A program made the position numbers and the translations under genes. DNA of 63,926 nucleotides, the filler included, from Octopus bimaculoides (Eukaryota): the NCBI RefSeq assembly GCF_001194135.2. It is 6 parts of 6 records of this genome, joined end to end, with 100 filler letters (N's around TTAATTAATTAA, not from the genome) between each part and the next. Parts side by side here need not be neighbours in the genome. Positions count along the whole stretch, not along the records: positions 22,695 to 40,122 come from NC_068993.1; positions 40,223 to 51,024 come from NC_068986.1; 4 more parts are not named here. One strand, written 5' to 3'. Shown in pieces: positions 35,701 to 49,262 of this stretch. The notes under the pieces are model-generated. The model did no database searches, had not been told where the DNA came from, and worked only from the letters and a program-made list of their open reading frames with translations. Each line of letters starts with the position of its first letter. Position 1 is the stretch's first letter.

Positions 35701-37175
35701 GTTTCTTTATTGCCCACAAGGGGCTAACGAAGAGGGGACAATACAAAGACATGTGGGGACAGAACGAACGAAAAAAAAATTTTTTAAACGTATGGTACAA
35801 GATGAATGATAAATGAAAATGAAGCTACTTACCTCACCACCAAATAGCATCACTTACTTCCTTTGTCCTTTAAATTCCGACCTTGCATTATATCCAGTCC
35901 ATATTCTTTTTTGAGTTCCTCATTTTCTATATTATCTGGTAATCCTTTCATGTCGTAATCCACTTTCCAACACTCGTACCCTCCTTTGTATCTTACAATT
36001 TCATTTTCCTGTTCTTCTGTTATTAAAACACATGTATGACCCCCCCCCCCAATAAACGGTGTGTTCCTCCATTTCACAATTTTGTTTACCAGTTCCTTTT
36101 CCACATCCTCAAACAACACACGCAAAACAACTCTCAGTGGGAGAGGGGAAGTTTGTGGGTTCCTGTGTGTCAATGCTTTTCNNNNNNNNNNNNNNNNNNN
36201 NNNNNNNNNNNNNNNNNNNNNNNNNNNNNNNNNNNNNNNNNNNNNNNNNNNNNGTGGGTGGGCGTTGGGTAGTTATGGGGTGGGGTTCTGTGTGTATTGG
36301 ACTCAACCTTTTTCTCTTTCTCTTTTTTCTTTTCCCTGTGGTCTCCTATTCTTTTTCTGTCTCTTCTTCTTCCACCTCTACTGGTAACATTGTTTCGTCC
36401 TTTCCTACTTCTTCTTCCTGTGGTTGTTCAGTCTCTCTGGTCGGTGGAGTGCAGTTAGCTCTAATGTGGTCCTTCAGACTACATTTAAAGTAACGAGGGA
36501 TTCTGCCCTCCACCCTGACCCTCATTATTGCGTTGTTCATCGTTATAGTTTCTGTTATGTTCTCTATAGTCCCGGTCGACCCTGACCCTTCCAGTGTAAA
36601 CTTTTCGTTTTTGTGGCCTGGAGAACAGCTATCTTATCCTCGTTACCAAATAGGACAGCGGCTGCTATCCAGGCTACATCCATTTCCGGTGGAGTCCCTT
36701 CTACCCTAACCCTAGACGCTCTCCATCCAAAGTAAGTGAGTACAAGTACCGCTTCCTCGTTCCTTACTGTGGTTGCTGAATATTTCGGTACTACTAAAGC
36801 AGCGCGGACCCGAACGCGCAGTCGCGCGTCCGCGCTAGCTAGTCTTGAGTGGTCGATCCTAACCCTAACCCTAACCCTGTCCCTAACCCTAACCCTAACC
36901 CTATCCCGCGTGTGCAAATGAATACGTGTTTAGGGTTAGGGTTAGGAATAGGGTTAGGGTTAGGATCGACCACTCACGACTAGCTAGCGCGGACGCGCGA
37001 CTGCGCGTTCGAGTCCGCGCTGCTTTAGTAGTACCAATATTTCTTTGCCTTTGTTTCATCCTTGAACCGAACCTCCACCTCTCCATACTTCACCTCTCTA
37101 GCAAGATACCCCTATCTCTTGCCAGATTGGCCTCAGTGCCTTCTCTATTTGTCCTGTAGTCTATTTTTCCCTCCG
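35701..37175 (-). mobile_element. ORF1-only non-LTR retroelement (element D), 5'-truncated, interrupted by a MITE
   Basis: After removing the MITE the minus strand reads YLAREVKYGEVEVRFKDETKAKKYSATTVRNEEAVLVLTYFG...VEGRIPRYFKCSLKDHIRANC; terminal ORF 35850-36173; tail TTAGCCCCTTGTGGGCAATAAAGAAAC; no ORF2. Confidence 0.75.
36787..37035. mobile_element. Palindromic MITE (249 bp), GG...CC termini, 8-bp TSD, internal (CCCTAA)n/(TTAGGG)n; Merlin-like
   Basis: AATATTTC|GGTACTACTAAAGCAGCGCGG...CCGCGCTGCTTTAGTAGTACC|AATATTTC. The first ~70 bp of the arms are near perfect. Confidence 0.92.
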
Positions 37176-39270
37176 TCACCGAATGTGTTTCATACATTAT
37201 TGAGAAAGCACAAATTACTGCAAAGCAACGCACAACGTTCAAAAAAGCGTTCAAACGAACACACAAATTTTCAAAACTTCAGCACAAAATCAAAAACGTC
37301 CTCACCTCATTAAAATACCACTGAAAATAACCTTTAGAAACCACGATGTTGAAATTATTATTGCTGCCAATTCCACGATTGCCGTCAGTCTCAATATCGC
37401 TTTAAACATCAGTATTATTGTTGCCTTTTAACATAATCCTCGTGCAGATTCAGCGCCGCAATTCAGCGTGTGATAAAACTGTCCTTTAAATTACTAGTAA
37501 ATTACATTCGATTCGCTTTCGTGCAGTGCCTGCCTATGTAACTCCACTCACAAAACTTGAGTCAGCCCGAGTCTATAATAAAAGTTACTTGCCCACGATG
37601 TCTCAGTGGGGTCGAACCCGGGACTTCATAATTTCAAAGCAAACATGCTAACTACTCGGGTCGGGTATACTTGTGCTTATCTTTCAACTTCTACATCTTT
37701 CAGTCATTGGACTGCGGCCATGCTAAGGCACCGCTTTAAAGTGTTTAGTCGAACAAATCGACCCCTGTAATTATTTTTTATCGGTTTGTTTTGCCGAGCC
37801 TCTAAATTTGGGGGTTGTAAACACATCAACACAAGCTATCAAGCGACGGGGGAGGGCGGACACAAAGACAGATACACTCATATGTGTGTCTGTGTGTAAG
37901 TGTATAATAATAATCCTGGATTTGTAGTTTTTCATGGATACCGAAAGAATGTAAAAGAAAATAAAGTTGACCTCGGAGGAATTTAAATTGTGAGCACAAA
38001 TAGTTGTAGTATTGTGAGGATGAGACATTAACGCTTTAACGACTACCAATTCACCGTCTATTTCGCGTTATGAATAAAACGATTAATGTTACCGTTACAC
38101 ACTTTATTTCATTCAATTTGCCATAAAGGCAGTACACAGAGTAGTAGCTACTGGCTGGACAAGCACATTAATGAGATGAGATGGATGATGAGTAAGATGG
38201 TATTAATGGAAGAAGACAGGAGCCGCCCGCCGAACTAAATCATCGTTGTTTTATTAATTTATACATAAATTTACAATTTGAGGCAAAAAACCTCTTACTT
38301 TACAATTTCAATTTATCATGTCTTTGAAATGAGGCCCGTTACATACTTGACATCATATAAGGTACAGAGTTAATTTAAACCTGTGATCTCATGCTTGCTA
38401 AGCAAGCCCTTCTTAACTTCTTAACCATTTGATCACTCTAACCTCACACAAACACTGACCAGCTAGGCTGGTAGCAGAAACCAAACATTAACCGTTATCT
38501 CTTGCTTGTTTTAGTCGTCAGACTGCGGCCATGCTTAATCGAATGAATCAACGCTAGTACATTTTTTAAAGCCTAGTAATTATTTTATCGGTTCTTTTGC
38601 CGAACAGCTCTGCTATAGGTTGTCAAACACACACACGACAAACTTCTTTTAGTTTCCGTCGACCAAATCCACTCTCAAGGCTTTGGTCGGCCCGAGGCTA
38701 TAATAGAAGACACTTGCCCGAGGTGCTACGCTGTGAGACTGAACCCCCAACCATGTGGTTGGAAGCAACCTTCTTACCACAGTCACGCTCACGATTTTTA
38801 TTATTATTTTTTTTACTATTTAGTCACAGCCTTTACTACTTAAATACAAGACTTACCGATTTGCTTTCTAAACTTCTACGGACTTTACAGAATAAGTATC
38901 CATAGATACTTAATTTGTAGTCATGAAGAACTCGTGGGAGTTTCTGAATGACACGCCTAACGAAAAACTTACCTTCAATTTCTTTTTTAGTGCGGTCCAC
39001 CTGACGATGAACCATGTCTCGTGAGGCCCGATTCTCGAAAAAGGTTGCCCATGCATGTTATAGAGGATGATTTAATGACCTACTTTATCTCAGTGCTTCT
39101 AATATCTTTGCTCATAAAAGAAACCGTCGTATATTACTCTTTCGTTACAAAGAAAGAAGAAAGTCTCAATGCGGGCGTATTATTTGCTAGAAATAAGTCA
39201 AATCTCCATCAGATCATACACTGATGTCTTTAAAAAGGAAGGGCGCCAAGGATAAAGTAGCGCTCGATAC

Positions 39271-39320
<50 letters not shown>

Positions 39321-39840
39321 CATCTCGGTTGAAAAAACTTCAATAATGAAAATATGTTAATAGTTACCAGGGTAGCAAAAATCACAAAAACTGGGATATC
39401 ATACCCGGTTAATAGGTAGAAATACCAAGTTAAAGTGATGTATTTTGAATAGATCATAAGCGGAATAATTATAATATAACTATTCGATTAAAGTTATTCT
39501 GGTTCTAAACAACATTCACAATCAGTGGGGGTGGGAGTCTAGGAATTTTGGGATCGGGTGATGTCCAAAAGTTTCGTAAAAGTACTATATAAGGTGACAA
39601 TCGCAATTCGTAACAAATGGACACATTTTTATGTATTCTAACTTTGTTGTAGCAGATCATATGCATATGAAACAGTAATACTGTGAAACTGCTGGAAATA
39701 AAATAAATGTTATTATATTTGCAACGGCTCGCGGCTAGAAAGGGTGTTGCAGGGGTAACCTAGGGCAACACCCGTGCATCCGTCACTGACAATTCATATT
39801 TTCATCAAATAATTTCTGTCTATCAAGCATTTATAGTCTA

Positions 39841-39931
39841 CTAGCAGAAATACCCGGCGTTGCCCGGGTTAAAGAGAATAATGAAATCTAAAAACGCCGT
39901 CTAGACTACGCATCATCTTTATATATAGAGA
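39841..39931 (-). mobile_element. Miniature Helitron (91 bp)
   Basis: Minus strand A|TCTCTATATATAAAG...CCCGGGCAACGCCGGGTATTTCTGCTAG|T: TC start, hairpin, CTAG end, AT target. Confidence 0.85.
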
Positions 39932-40122
39932 TGTATATACACACACGCACCCAAACACACGTATATATATGTATATCAATATAAATATATGAAAGTCAAT
40001 GAAGTTTCGTAAAAGAAGGTGATCATGTACATACTTTCTTGCTGTTGTGATTATAACACCTCATTGTAAACTATGTTCCTTGTTTTCCCTTGTGGAGCAT
40101 ATACAAATAGGTTTTTTTGTTG

Positions 40123-40222
40123 NNNNNNNNNNNNNNNNNNNNNNNNNNNNNNNNNNNNNNNNNNNNTTAATTAATTAANNNNNNNNNNNNNNNNNNNNNN
40201 NNNNNNNNNNNNNNNNNNNNNN
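40123..40222. other. Artificial 100-nt scaffold joiner
   Basis: 44N-TTAATTAATTAA-44N. Confidence 0.95.
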
Positions 40223-40267
40223 ATGAGGGTACTTTGGTTTATTTAGTTTATTTACTTTGTGTTTATT

Positions 40268-40269
40268 CC

Positions 40270-40339
<70 letters not shown>

Positions 40340-40340
40340 G
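40268..40340. repeat. (ATT)n microsatellite
   Basis: Direct tandem run. Confidence 0.95.
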
Positions 40341-40845
40341 TTGTTGTTGTCAGTTGTTACAATTCCTAACAAAGACGAAAGCTAACGAGATCCTAAAGAC
40401 TTAATAATAGTTATGTATGTGTTTTTTCGCGTTTTGTTCGAAAGGTAACCACTCCTGAAGAAGTGCCAAATGTCTAAATCCAATGGACCAGTCACTGGAT
40501 AAGTTTGGCACAGAAATGTTAACATAGAGTGGTGAATAAATCGATATATCGAATTTGAAGTCTCTGTCTCTTTTGAATATGAAAATTTAAAAGTTTAAAA
40601 ACCTTATAATATATGTATATATATATGTATATATATACATATACATATATTTTTGCGTGTATAAATCTGTGTTTTTAGACAGCTAGCTAGCTGGGTAGAT
40701 AGATAGATGATAGNNNNNNNNNNNNNNNNNNNNNNNNNNNNNNNNNNNNNNNNNNNNNNNNNNNNNNNNNNNNNNNNNNNNNNNNNNNNNNNNNNNNNNN
40801 NNNNNNNNNNNNNATATACATACATAATTGCTTATATATGTATAT

Positions 40846-41080
40846 ATTGGATTGGTCCAAAGTTATTGCGGCTTGTTTTCAACAAATTTTATTCAGCAAA
40901 TACAATAACAACATGTAACAAAAGCATCTTTAAATGATTATTCCGGAGCATTTTCACCATCTACTTCAATTACTGCTTCCCATTTGATTGGCAGACGGCA
41001 AAACCCTCATTTAAAGATGCTTTTGTTAAATATTGTTATTATTTGTGTTGAATAAAATTTGCTGAAAAAAAGCCGCACTG
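40846..41080. mobile_element. Foldback mariner-type MITE (Hsmar1/MADE1-like TIR), right end eroded
   Basis: TTGGATTGGTCCAAAAGTTATTGCGG resembles the Hsmar1 TIR. 40868-40936 and 41007-41080 are inverted copies. Confidence 0.7.
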
Positions 41081-41890
41081 CGAAAAAAAAATTACGGACC
41101 ATGAACTTTCTTAGACAACATGTAAAATAAATTATGTAAACTAAGATTGTGATGATTTGTATTATATAGAGAAATATTCTAATAAGACTATATTCCCGAT
41201 AGAAAAGTGCACGAAACGCAAAGCCGCTGCTAATCAGATCCAAATCATTCAATACCATATAGATAACGAAAGGTATGCAAAATCCTCCCCGCGACATTAA
41301 AGCGAAAACATTGTTGTTTTATTTTTCCGTTTCGAGATGTTGCGCTGGTTTTATTGTCTGAAATTTAGTCTTTCCCGAGCTTATGAACCAAGGCAACAGA
41401 AATAGCTATTAAAATCCCTGCTGGTATGAATGAATAACTAGAGAATGAAAGACAAAAGTTATGTGTTATATTATTTGGCAGTAGTGAAATTAAGAAGTAT
41501 GAGCATAACAGCGTACGGTTTGTGTATATTTGAAAAATGTAGCGGCAAAAATGAAGTGTAAATTGCTTACAGACATTCCAGGGATATAACTTCGAATAAC
41601 CATAAGAAATACATGTGAAATGTGAAAGCAATTCTGTCAAAAATTGCATATTAAAACAACGTTCTGAATCCGCATTTTTGAAACTAAATGAAAAACTTAG
41701 ATATATCGTCGAGCTTAGACAGACTATGATCAAATACACACATCCCAAGCAACTGAGACAGGGAGCAACCGCTTTGGTCTGACACATTTCTCTCCTTTGA
41801 AACATTCCAATAACAGCAAAACTACTGAAAGTTCCAAATGTCAATAAAGGTATGAAAATATAAGGTATAATAAAAAAATTTAGCACTGCT
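41081..41890 (-). pseudogene. Rhodopsin-like GPCR pseudogene, paralogue of 46203-47132
   Basis: LLTFGTFSSFAVIGMF..., CLGCV, YSFIPAGILIAISVALVHKL and nucleotide blocks (ACTGAAAGTTCCAAATGTCAATA) shared with the intact gene; frameshifts in TM3-TM4 and after TM5. Confidence 0.85.
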
Positions 41891-42066
41891 TGTGGAATTG
41901 GTTACCCAGATTCTGTTTGGTATTGGAAAATTATATACATCGATCTAGGCGTATATATTAGATAGTAAAAATTCTGGCGAACGTTGGTAGGCTTAAATGA
42001 ATTTTATGAATTTATATTCCGAGTAAAGGATACTATTTCTTATACATACACACAACCTCACACCCA

Positions 42067-42137
<71 letters not shown>

Positions 42138-42473
42138 TTATCTATATATATATATGTATCGGAACGGGATGTGTGCTATGTCCTTCAGCAACACACATTA
42201 TTTCACGTTACTCCAGTTCAATCAGCTGTAGAAATGATTTGCGACGTCTCTGTGGCCAAGCTGTGCACATCGGCCTTTAGCTTTACCATAGACAAAATCG
42301 GTGGAGTGGAGGGAGAAGCTGGTATTCACAGACGATTGCTGGTTTCCCATAAACAACCTTGCCTCGGAGGGAAACTTTCTAGGTGCAATTCCATGGTCAG
42401 TCATGACCCAAGGGGGATCTCTGTCCCACCTTCTCTCTCTCTCCCTTTCTTTCCTTCTCTCTCTGTCTCTGTA

Positions 42474-42550
<77 letters not shown>

Positions 42551-44136
42551 ATATATATATATATACACGCATATACACACATACATATACATATATACTA
42601 AACATTCTTTTTTTCCTCTCCTTACTTCTCTCCATGTTTCTTTCCGTGTTCCTTTCTGTGGAAGAGCGTAGGATCGAAACTTTAAAGACTTTTTCACTTC
42701 CCGAGCGTTGTACTAATACATCCGCTTGTTGTTCTTGGTAATGCGATGCTAATAGGTTGAACACTATGCTGATTATAATCTCAAAACTATGGAAACATAA
42801 AAAAAAAAACTTTTCATTCAACTTTTCCACAATTTAATTGTTTTTCATGCTTTACTGAAAGTTGAAAAAGTCGCAAAGGTTGAAAGTGGTACCAAAATGT
42901 TCTAGGTCTTGGTTCGCTCGAAACTATAAAATAATTAACTTTCCCAATGTGCCAAGGGGTTGGACTGTACACAAACCATGTGGTTGGGAGGCAAACTTCT
43001 GACCACACACCAACTGTGTGTGGGAGGAGAGAGTCTGTGTGTGCGCGTGTGTTTGTTTGTGTGTGCGTGCGTGCAGGCATTCATATTTATTCATATATAT
43101 GTTTGTATGTACGTATCTACAAGTATAGATAATTACAGAAATATAATTCAATGCTTGTCTATTTAAACATGAACCCTACGTGCCTTCGATATTTCTTATC
43201 GTCCATTGTGAATTTACGATATCATCAACATCACTACCAAATCCACCACGACGACCTTGTGTCAATACCTCCATAAGATTACCGCAGTGTACATGCCGGA
43301 AGCGAATTACAGCCGAATCTGGCTCACAATATTTTTTCGCTGAGTAACTTTTATATTATATTTACAGAAAACAAATTTTAAAGTCTGATTTATAATTACT
43401 GTGAAAGTAATGAAAATAATTCAGTCCATCATTCGAACTACGGTAGTATTTTTTGAATAATAAATACTTCACCCCCAAACTCGGAGCCTCATGAAGCATA
43501 GGTTACTATAGAATGTTACGTGAATTTCTAGTACGAATATTCTCGTGAGACATTGTAAAAATTCACATCATTTCAGATGAAAAAGCAGGAACGCATAGAG
43601 AAGCTCAAAAGTATCATTGCGTCATCATTTTACATGATAAAAGTGATATATATGTGCGTTTGTATATATATATATATATATATATNNNNNNNNNNNNNNN
43701 NNNNNNNNNNNNNNNNNNNNNNNNNNNNNNNNNNNNNNNNNNNNNNNNNNNNNNNNNNNNNNNNNNNNNNNNNNNNNNNNNNNNNNNNNNNNNNNNNNNN
43801 NNNNNNNNNNNNNNNNNNNNNNNNNNNNNNNNNNNNNNNNNNNNNNNNNNNNNNNNNNNNNNNNNNNNNNNNNNNNNNNNNNNNNNNNNNNNNNNNNNNN
43901 NNNNNNNNNNNNNNNNNNNNNNNNNNNNNNNNNNNNNNNNNNNNNNNNNNNNNNNNNNNNNNNNNNNNNNNNNNNNNNNNNNNNNNNNNNNNNNNNNNNN
44001 NNNNNNNNNNNNNNNNNNNNNNNNNNNNNNNNNNNNNNNNNNNNNNNNNNNNNNNNNNNNNNNNNNNNNNNNNNNNNNNNNNTATATATATATATATATA
44101 TGTATATACAAATACATACACACACATACATATATA

Positions 44137-45727
44137 AAGTAGTGGCCAACATTATAGAACTAAAATAAATTTACATATATTTACATTTTTGCTTCATTAT
44201 TCCAAATGGGATTTTTACTGTATAAACTTTAAAGTGTGTTCATTATTTACAAAAAATTTCTTGGAAGTGATATGTAACTAAACGTTTATAATAGAGTCAT
44301 GGAGAAAATGTTTGTCTGAAGTTAGAGAATATAATGGTCTAAAACTGAAAACGTAAAATCAGGCAACAATGCAACAGATGTAAAGTGAGTTGTCCTGACA
44401 GTGCGAAGATTTATATCGAATAGTAATGAATTAATGACCATGGAAAGTGGGTGAAAGCCTTAGTTATGGAGTGTCCGTATAGAAAATAGAAGGAATGGCA
44501 AGCTCTGATCAAAGAGTGTTGTTTCAAGAATGCTCAAGCTTAATGAAGAAATGAGTTCGTTTGTGTAATTGAAAAATGAGGGAGTCTATGGAAAACAAGT
44601 GTTCAGCAACACTGTAATTCAGAGGATGTTGTTAAGAGACCGTTTGAATAATAGTGCAGGAATTTCTTGCCAAGTAAATCGTGATTATGGATTGAATGTA
44701 TGTATTATTCATATATATGCATATGTAGATATATTTATATAACTATATATGTAAGTGTATATATATATATATATATATATATACACGTTCAAATATACAT
44801 ATAAGTATNNNNNNNNNNNNNNNNNNNNNNNNNNNNNNNNNNNNNNNNNNNNNNNNNNNNNNNNNNNNNNNNNNNNNNNNNNNNNNNNNNNNNNNNNNNN
44901 NNNNNNNNNNNNNNNNNNNNNNNNNNNNNNNNNNNNNNNNNNNATATATATATATATATATATATAAACCACAGTCTGGGAAGTCGGTGGTTTTCTTTTG
45001 AAGGAAGTTGGACTTTATGCCTATTCACCCACCATAATTTTCCTCATCGGTATGAAGAACCGAAAAGTGAGGTTAGTCTTTGTCATCAACCGTGTAATTT
45101 GAACGGATGAGAACAAGTGGCGTGTGTTCTTCAGCCAGAACAAGACAAAAGCAACGTCAGCTTGGTTTGCTCCGTTGGTAGACAATATGTAAAAGTGAAG
45201 GATTGCTCCGTATATGGATGAAGAAATCAGTGAGTGGCGAATGGTTTCTGCAGCAAGTTTTGGGCCTCTGATCCGGATCCATGGTAATCTCAATTCAACT
45301 ATAGGCAAAAACATCATTCTACAGTATGTTGTGTTAGCTACAGGGTAATCTCCAACTCGTCAGCTAATCTTTATACAGAATAATGCACCATGATACAGTG
45401 ATAAACTAGTTAAGATGGTGTTTGAATCTACAAACATTACTGTGATGTTTTGGGCAGCCCAAAACCCTGACCTTAATCCCATTGAATAATTATGAAAGAT
45501 ACTTGGTGATAAGATCAGCGAGGACTGACCAGCGAATAGTTAAAATTTTGTGGGAAAATTAATAAAATTACGTCAGAATGATCCTGTGGCGGAAGATGTG
45601 CTGAAGTAATTAAAGATAAAAGAACGTACAACCGTATTAATATATTAATGCTAATTGTAAAAAATTCAAGCAAAATTTTGACTTCTTGAATTTTATGTCA
45701 GACGTTCTCTAATATTGACCACTACTG
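44137..45727 (+). mobile_element. Full-span degenerate Tc1 (DD34E) transposon with internal TA microsatellite/gap
   Basis: TIRs AAGTAGTGGCCAACATTATAGAAC / GTTCTCTAATATTGACCACTACTG|TA; remnants I*TDENK, MVSAASFGPLIRIHG, FIQNNAP, WAAQNPDLNPIE, SCGGRCAEVIK. Confidence 0.85.
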
Positions 45728-45745
45728 TACACGCACACACACACG

Positions 45746-45776
<31 letters not shown>

Positions 45777-45795
45777 CACACACACACCCACCCAC

Positions 45796-45862
<67 letters not shown>

Positions 45863-45994
45863 TGTATATATGTATAAATATAAATGTGTATATATGTATG
45901 TATACATATGTATAGATATATATATATATATATATATATATAGATAGATAGGTAAATAGATAAATAGATAGACAGATGGATAGATGGATAGATG

Positions 45995-46042
<48 letters not shown>

Positions 46043-46202
46043 TGTAATTTTGGTACGAAATAAGACAAACAATAATAGCATACAGAAAGGAACAGATAAC
46101 AACGCATACATATACAGACACAGGAATTTCTATTAAAAGGAAAACAAATATATCATTAGATTCAAATATTATGTGAAGTCTACTTACCTTATGTAATATT
46201 TT

Positions 46203-47132
46203 TTAATTACTTCTCTGGTGTAAGGTGTATACGTTCTGTGTTACACTTGAGGGCCTTCGAAAACATGATATTTTGAAATGTTCGCGAAACGCTCTGCTTG
46301 TAGTAATATAACACATGAAATTGAAACTGTTGTTAATCAGAGACAAAGTACTCAACAGAATAAGGAAGTGGAATTTCCTATAGAACAACCTATTGTTCTG
46401 CGATATATAAAAGAAATATGCTGATATAGGAAGTGTCGTTATCAGAAATAAAATATTCATGGCAATTACGACACGAATAGTGGTCCTTCTTCGTGTTGAG
46501 ATGTTGCGTTGAATCTGTTCATTGAGATTCGGTCGTTGTAGTAACTTCGATATCAAGGCGATAGAACTGCCAACTAAAATCACTGATGGTATGAATGAAT
46601 AAAACATGAATAAAGAACCCAAATGAGCCTTTGTGTTACTCGCCATTGTGCTATCTGTTATGTACAATATAGTCACGAATATAAAGAGAAGAACCATAAC
46701 AATGTACGGTTTATATTTATTCGAGTAATTTTGCCGCAGAAATGGAGTGTAAATTGCTAATACGCGTTCCACAGATATAACTACTACTAGCCACGAGGAA
46801 TACATACTTAGTACAAAAGAAATTCCATCAACACTTGAGTATCCAAACAAGAGTCTGACAGTAGTAACATCTTGAAAAACATATGTGTAATATAAATATC
46901 TTATGGAACCCATCCAGACTGTGCTCAAGTCTACACAACCCAAACAAATGAGATATGCAGAAACTTTAAACTGGCGCATATCTTTCTTGCAAAATATTGC
47001 AATAACAGCTACATTACTGAAAGTTCCAAATGTCAATATTGTTATTGAAGCATACCGTATGGAAAGAATGATAGCAATGTTCGTATTATTTATGTGGCTA
47101 CTGTTGAGCAGTGGTACGTTGTATATACCCAT
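46203..47132 (-). CDS. Intact single-exon class A (rhodopsin-like) GPCR, 309 aa, peptide-receptor-like / candidate chemoreceptor
   Basis: Seven hydrophobic segments; FSN (TM1), LGCVD (TM2), SWLVVVISVERVLAI (TM3), FIP (TM5), FLITTLP (TM6), NNSFNFMCY (TM7); N-terminal NSS/NNT sequons. First ATG at 47132 (the ORF track uses an upstream TTG). Confidence 0.9.
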   Translation of the reverse strand: MGIYNVPLLNSSHINNTNIAIILSIRYASITILTFGTFSNVAVIAIFCKKDMRQFKVSAYLICLGCVDLSTVWMGSIRYLYYTYVFQDVTTVRLLFGYSSVDGISFVLSMYSSWLVVVISVERVLAIYTPFLRQNYSNKYKPYIVMVLLFIFVTILYITDSTMASNTKAHLGSLFMFYSFIPSVILVGSSIALISKLLQRPNLNEQIQRNISTRRRTTIRVVIAMNILFLITTLPISAYFFYISQNNRLFYRKFHFLILLSTLSLINNSFNFMCYITTSRAFREHFKISCFRRPSSVTQNVYTLHQRSN

Positions 47133-47229
47133 TTGGTGTATGAAAATAATAGTCACAAGGCAACGCCAACGTCCAATCAATGATTGGCCAGAGATAATTT
47201 ATAAAATGAGAATATCTGAAATAAATTCG

Positions 47230-47450
47230 AAAACTCTCACACACGAGAATACTGAAAATGAAACCGCCCGCTCTGAAAAAGTAAGTAAAAAATCCAGAAA
47301 AATAATCCAAACATCCTTGAAAGTTTCATTTGAATCCATCCAGCGGTTCATGAGATATCTTTTCTACAGACGAAAAAACCCCCCAAAAAACAAACAAACA
47401 AACGCGACTGAAAAACAATACTTCCACCTTCGATAAGGCGGAGGTAATGA
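47230..47450 (+). mobile_element. Probable Helentron-associated/molluscan-type non-autonomous repeat fragment
   Basis: AAAGTTTCATTTGAATCCATCCAGCGGTTC...(CAAA)n...CTTCCACCTTCGATAAGGCGGAGGTAAT (terminal palindrome). Confidence 0.45.
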
Positions 47451-47729
47451 TTCCTGTTTATAAGCGTCTAGAAAGATAAATTAAATGTTTAGCAAATATT
47501 ATTTATGAAATTTGATTCCGATACAAATTCCGATGTAGATACGTGTTTTGATATATGTATCAACAGACGTTTTTGTCACAATTGAAGATTGTAAAACTCT
47601 ATTATGAATGTTACTATCAAATCTTTGCCCTTTATTTTATATTCACTGTTAAAGTACCAAATCTTCAAACAATGCTTTCTACTTGTTATTCACATATAAA
47701 TATATACATTCAGACACACACACACATAT

Positions 47730-47852
<123 letters not shown>

Positions 47853-49262
47853 TCAATAATCTCACTTAATTTTCTTCCACTATACACTAATAAACGCCTA
47901 TAATATATGAGAGTGCTGTGTTTGTAATTAATCATTTTTATACCTCCTTTAAACATCATCACCATATTACATATGTGTGTGTGTGCGTGTGTAAATGTGT
48001 GTAGCTATATTGTTTATAGATAGATAAATAGCTACATTTACGTCCATATTAATCAACAATCTTATTTACATTTGTTCCACGAGTAACGAATAATCACCTA
48101 CCTAAAGTGATATTGGTCCTTCTAACACGGTCCTTTGTATAAATCCTTTTCAAATCATTAGCATATTATACTACACAAATATGAACTGAGTGAACATTTA
48201 ATGTTCTTACAATATCATCTTCGTTATCATTATCGTAATTACTATCATCATCGTCATAAAATTAATCATCATCGTCATCTATATCACAGTTGTTATCAAA
48301 TTTTTATCATTATTACAATCGTCACTAGGGTAGCACTAAAGTGGCACAATTACTCGCGCACCGGGTTTTATTCTAAGCGGCCTTTCATTCATGGTTTCGT
48401 TCATCGTTTCGTCCATCCTTCGTTCACATTCTGCCAAGGTAGATTTTGCGTTTCATCCATTCAGGCTCGATAAATTAAGTACCAGTAAAACACAAGGGCT
48501 GATCTAATCGACTAGTCCCCTCCTCCAACATTTCAGGTCCTGTACCTTTAGTAGAAATGATTATTAATATATTTACAATTAACGTCAATATCATAATTAT
48601 TCTATATTTTATTGACAAGTTTAAATGCTAAATAATCAAAATAGGCTGTGTATTATCCTGCGATTTGGCAATACCATGTCTCCACAAATCTCAAAGATAT
48701 TTCTAAAGATTGAGATTCATGCAGAATCGTACTTCCGAAAAGCTATGTAATAAATTTCTTTTTGGAAATTGTCAATCGCATTTTGGTTTTCATAAACTTA
48801 TCTTCTTGAAGTCTTGCCTCTTATATGTCTCCATCATTAGCTGTCAACTATCTTACGATATGAAGGTTAAAACTTATTTTTTTAAATATATTAATTAGGT
48901 GTCTCTTGGTTTGTGCTGAGCGTTATCCAATAATCATATTAATGATTAAAAATATTCTCAGCGTTAATACATTTATCATTCAGATAAATATTCTAATGTG
49001 ACTTTCCACCCTATATCAAACTAAGCAGGTAGCCTAAATTTCGCGCAAATTAAATCCTAGGATAGACAGATAAGTTAGATCTAGATGTGAATAAAGAATA
49101 TAGAAGCTGAAAGAAGCAACACTACGCAATCAGTGACATATAACTATATATGTCTACATATATACATAATTAAATTACGATTAAAAAACTTACATATACC
49201 TGTAGATTAAAATATTGCGTAAATACCTCGTTTACTTACAAAATATAGTTCAATAGTTTCTC

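Noticed and set aside
36858-36965. Telomere or chromosome-fusion site
   Set aside because: The CCCTAA/TTAGGG tracts are short and sit inside a TIR element with an 8-bp TSD; the orientation is also opposite to that of a telomere fusion.
46903-47436. 177-aa plus-strand ORF
   Set aside because: Antisense shadow of the GPCR plus repeat sequence; no recognisable domain.
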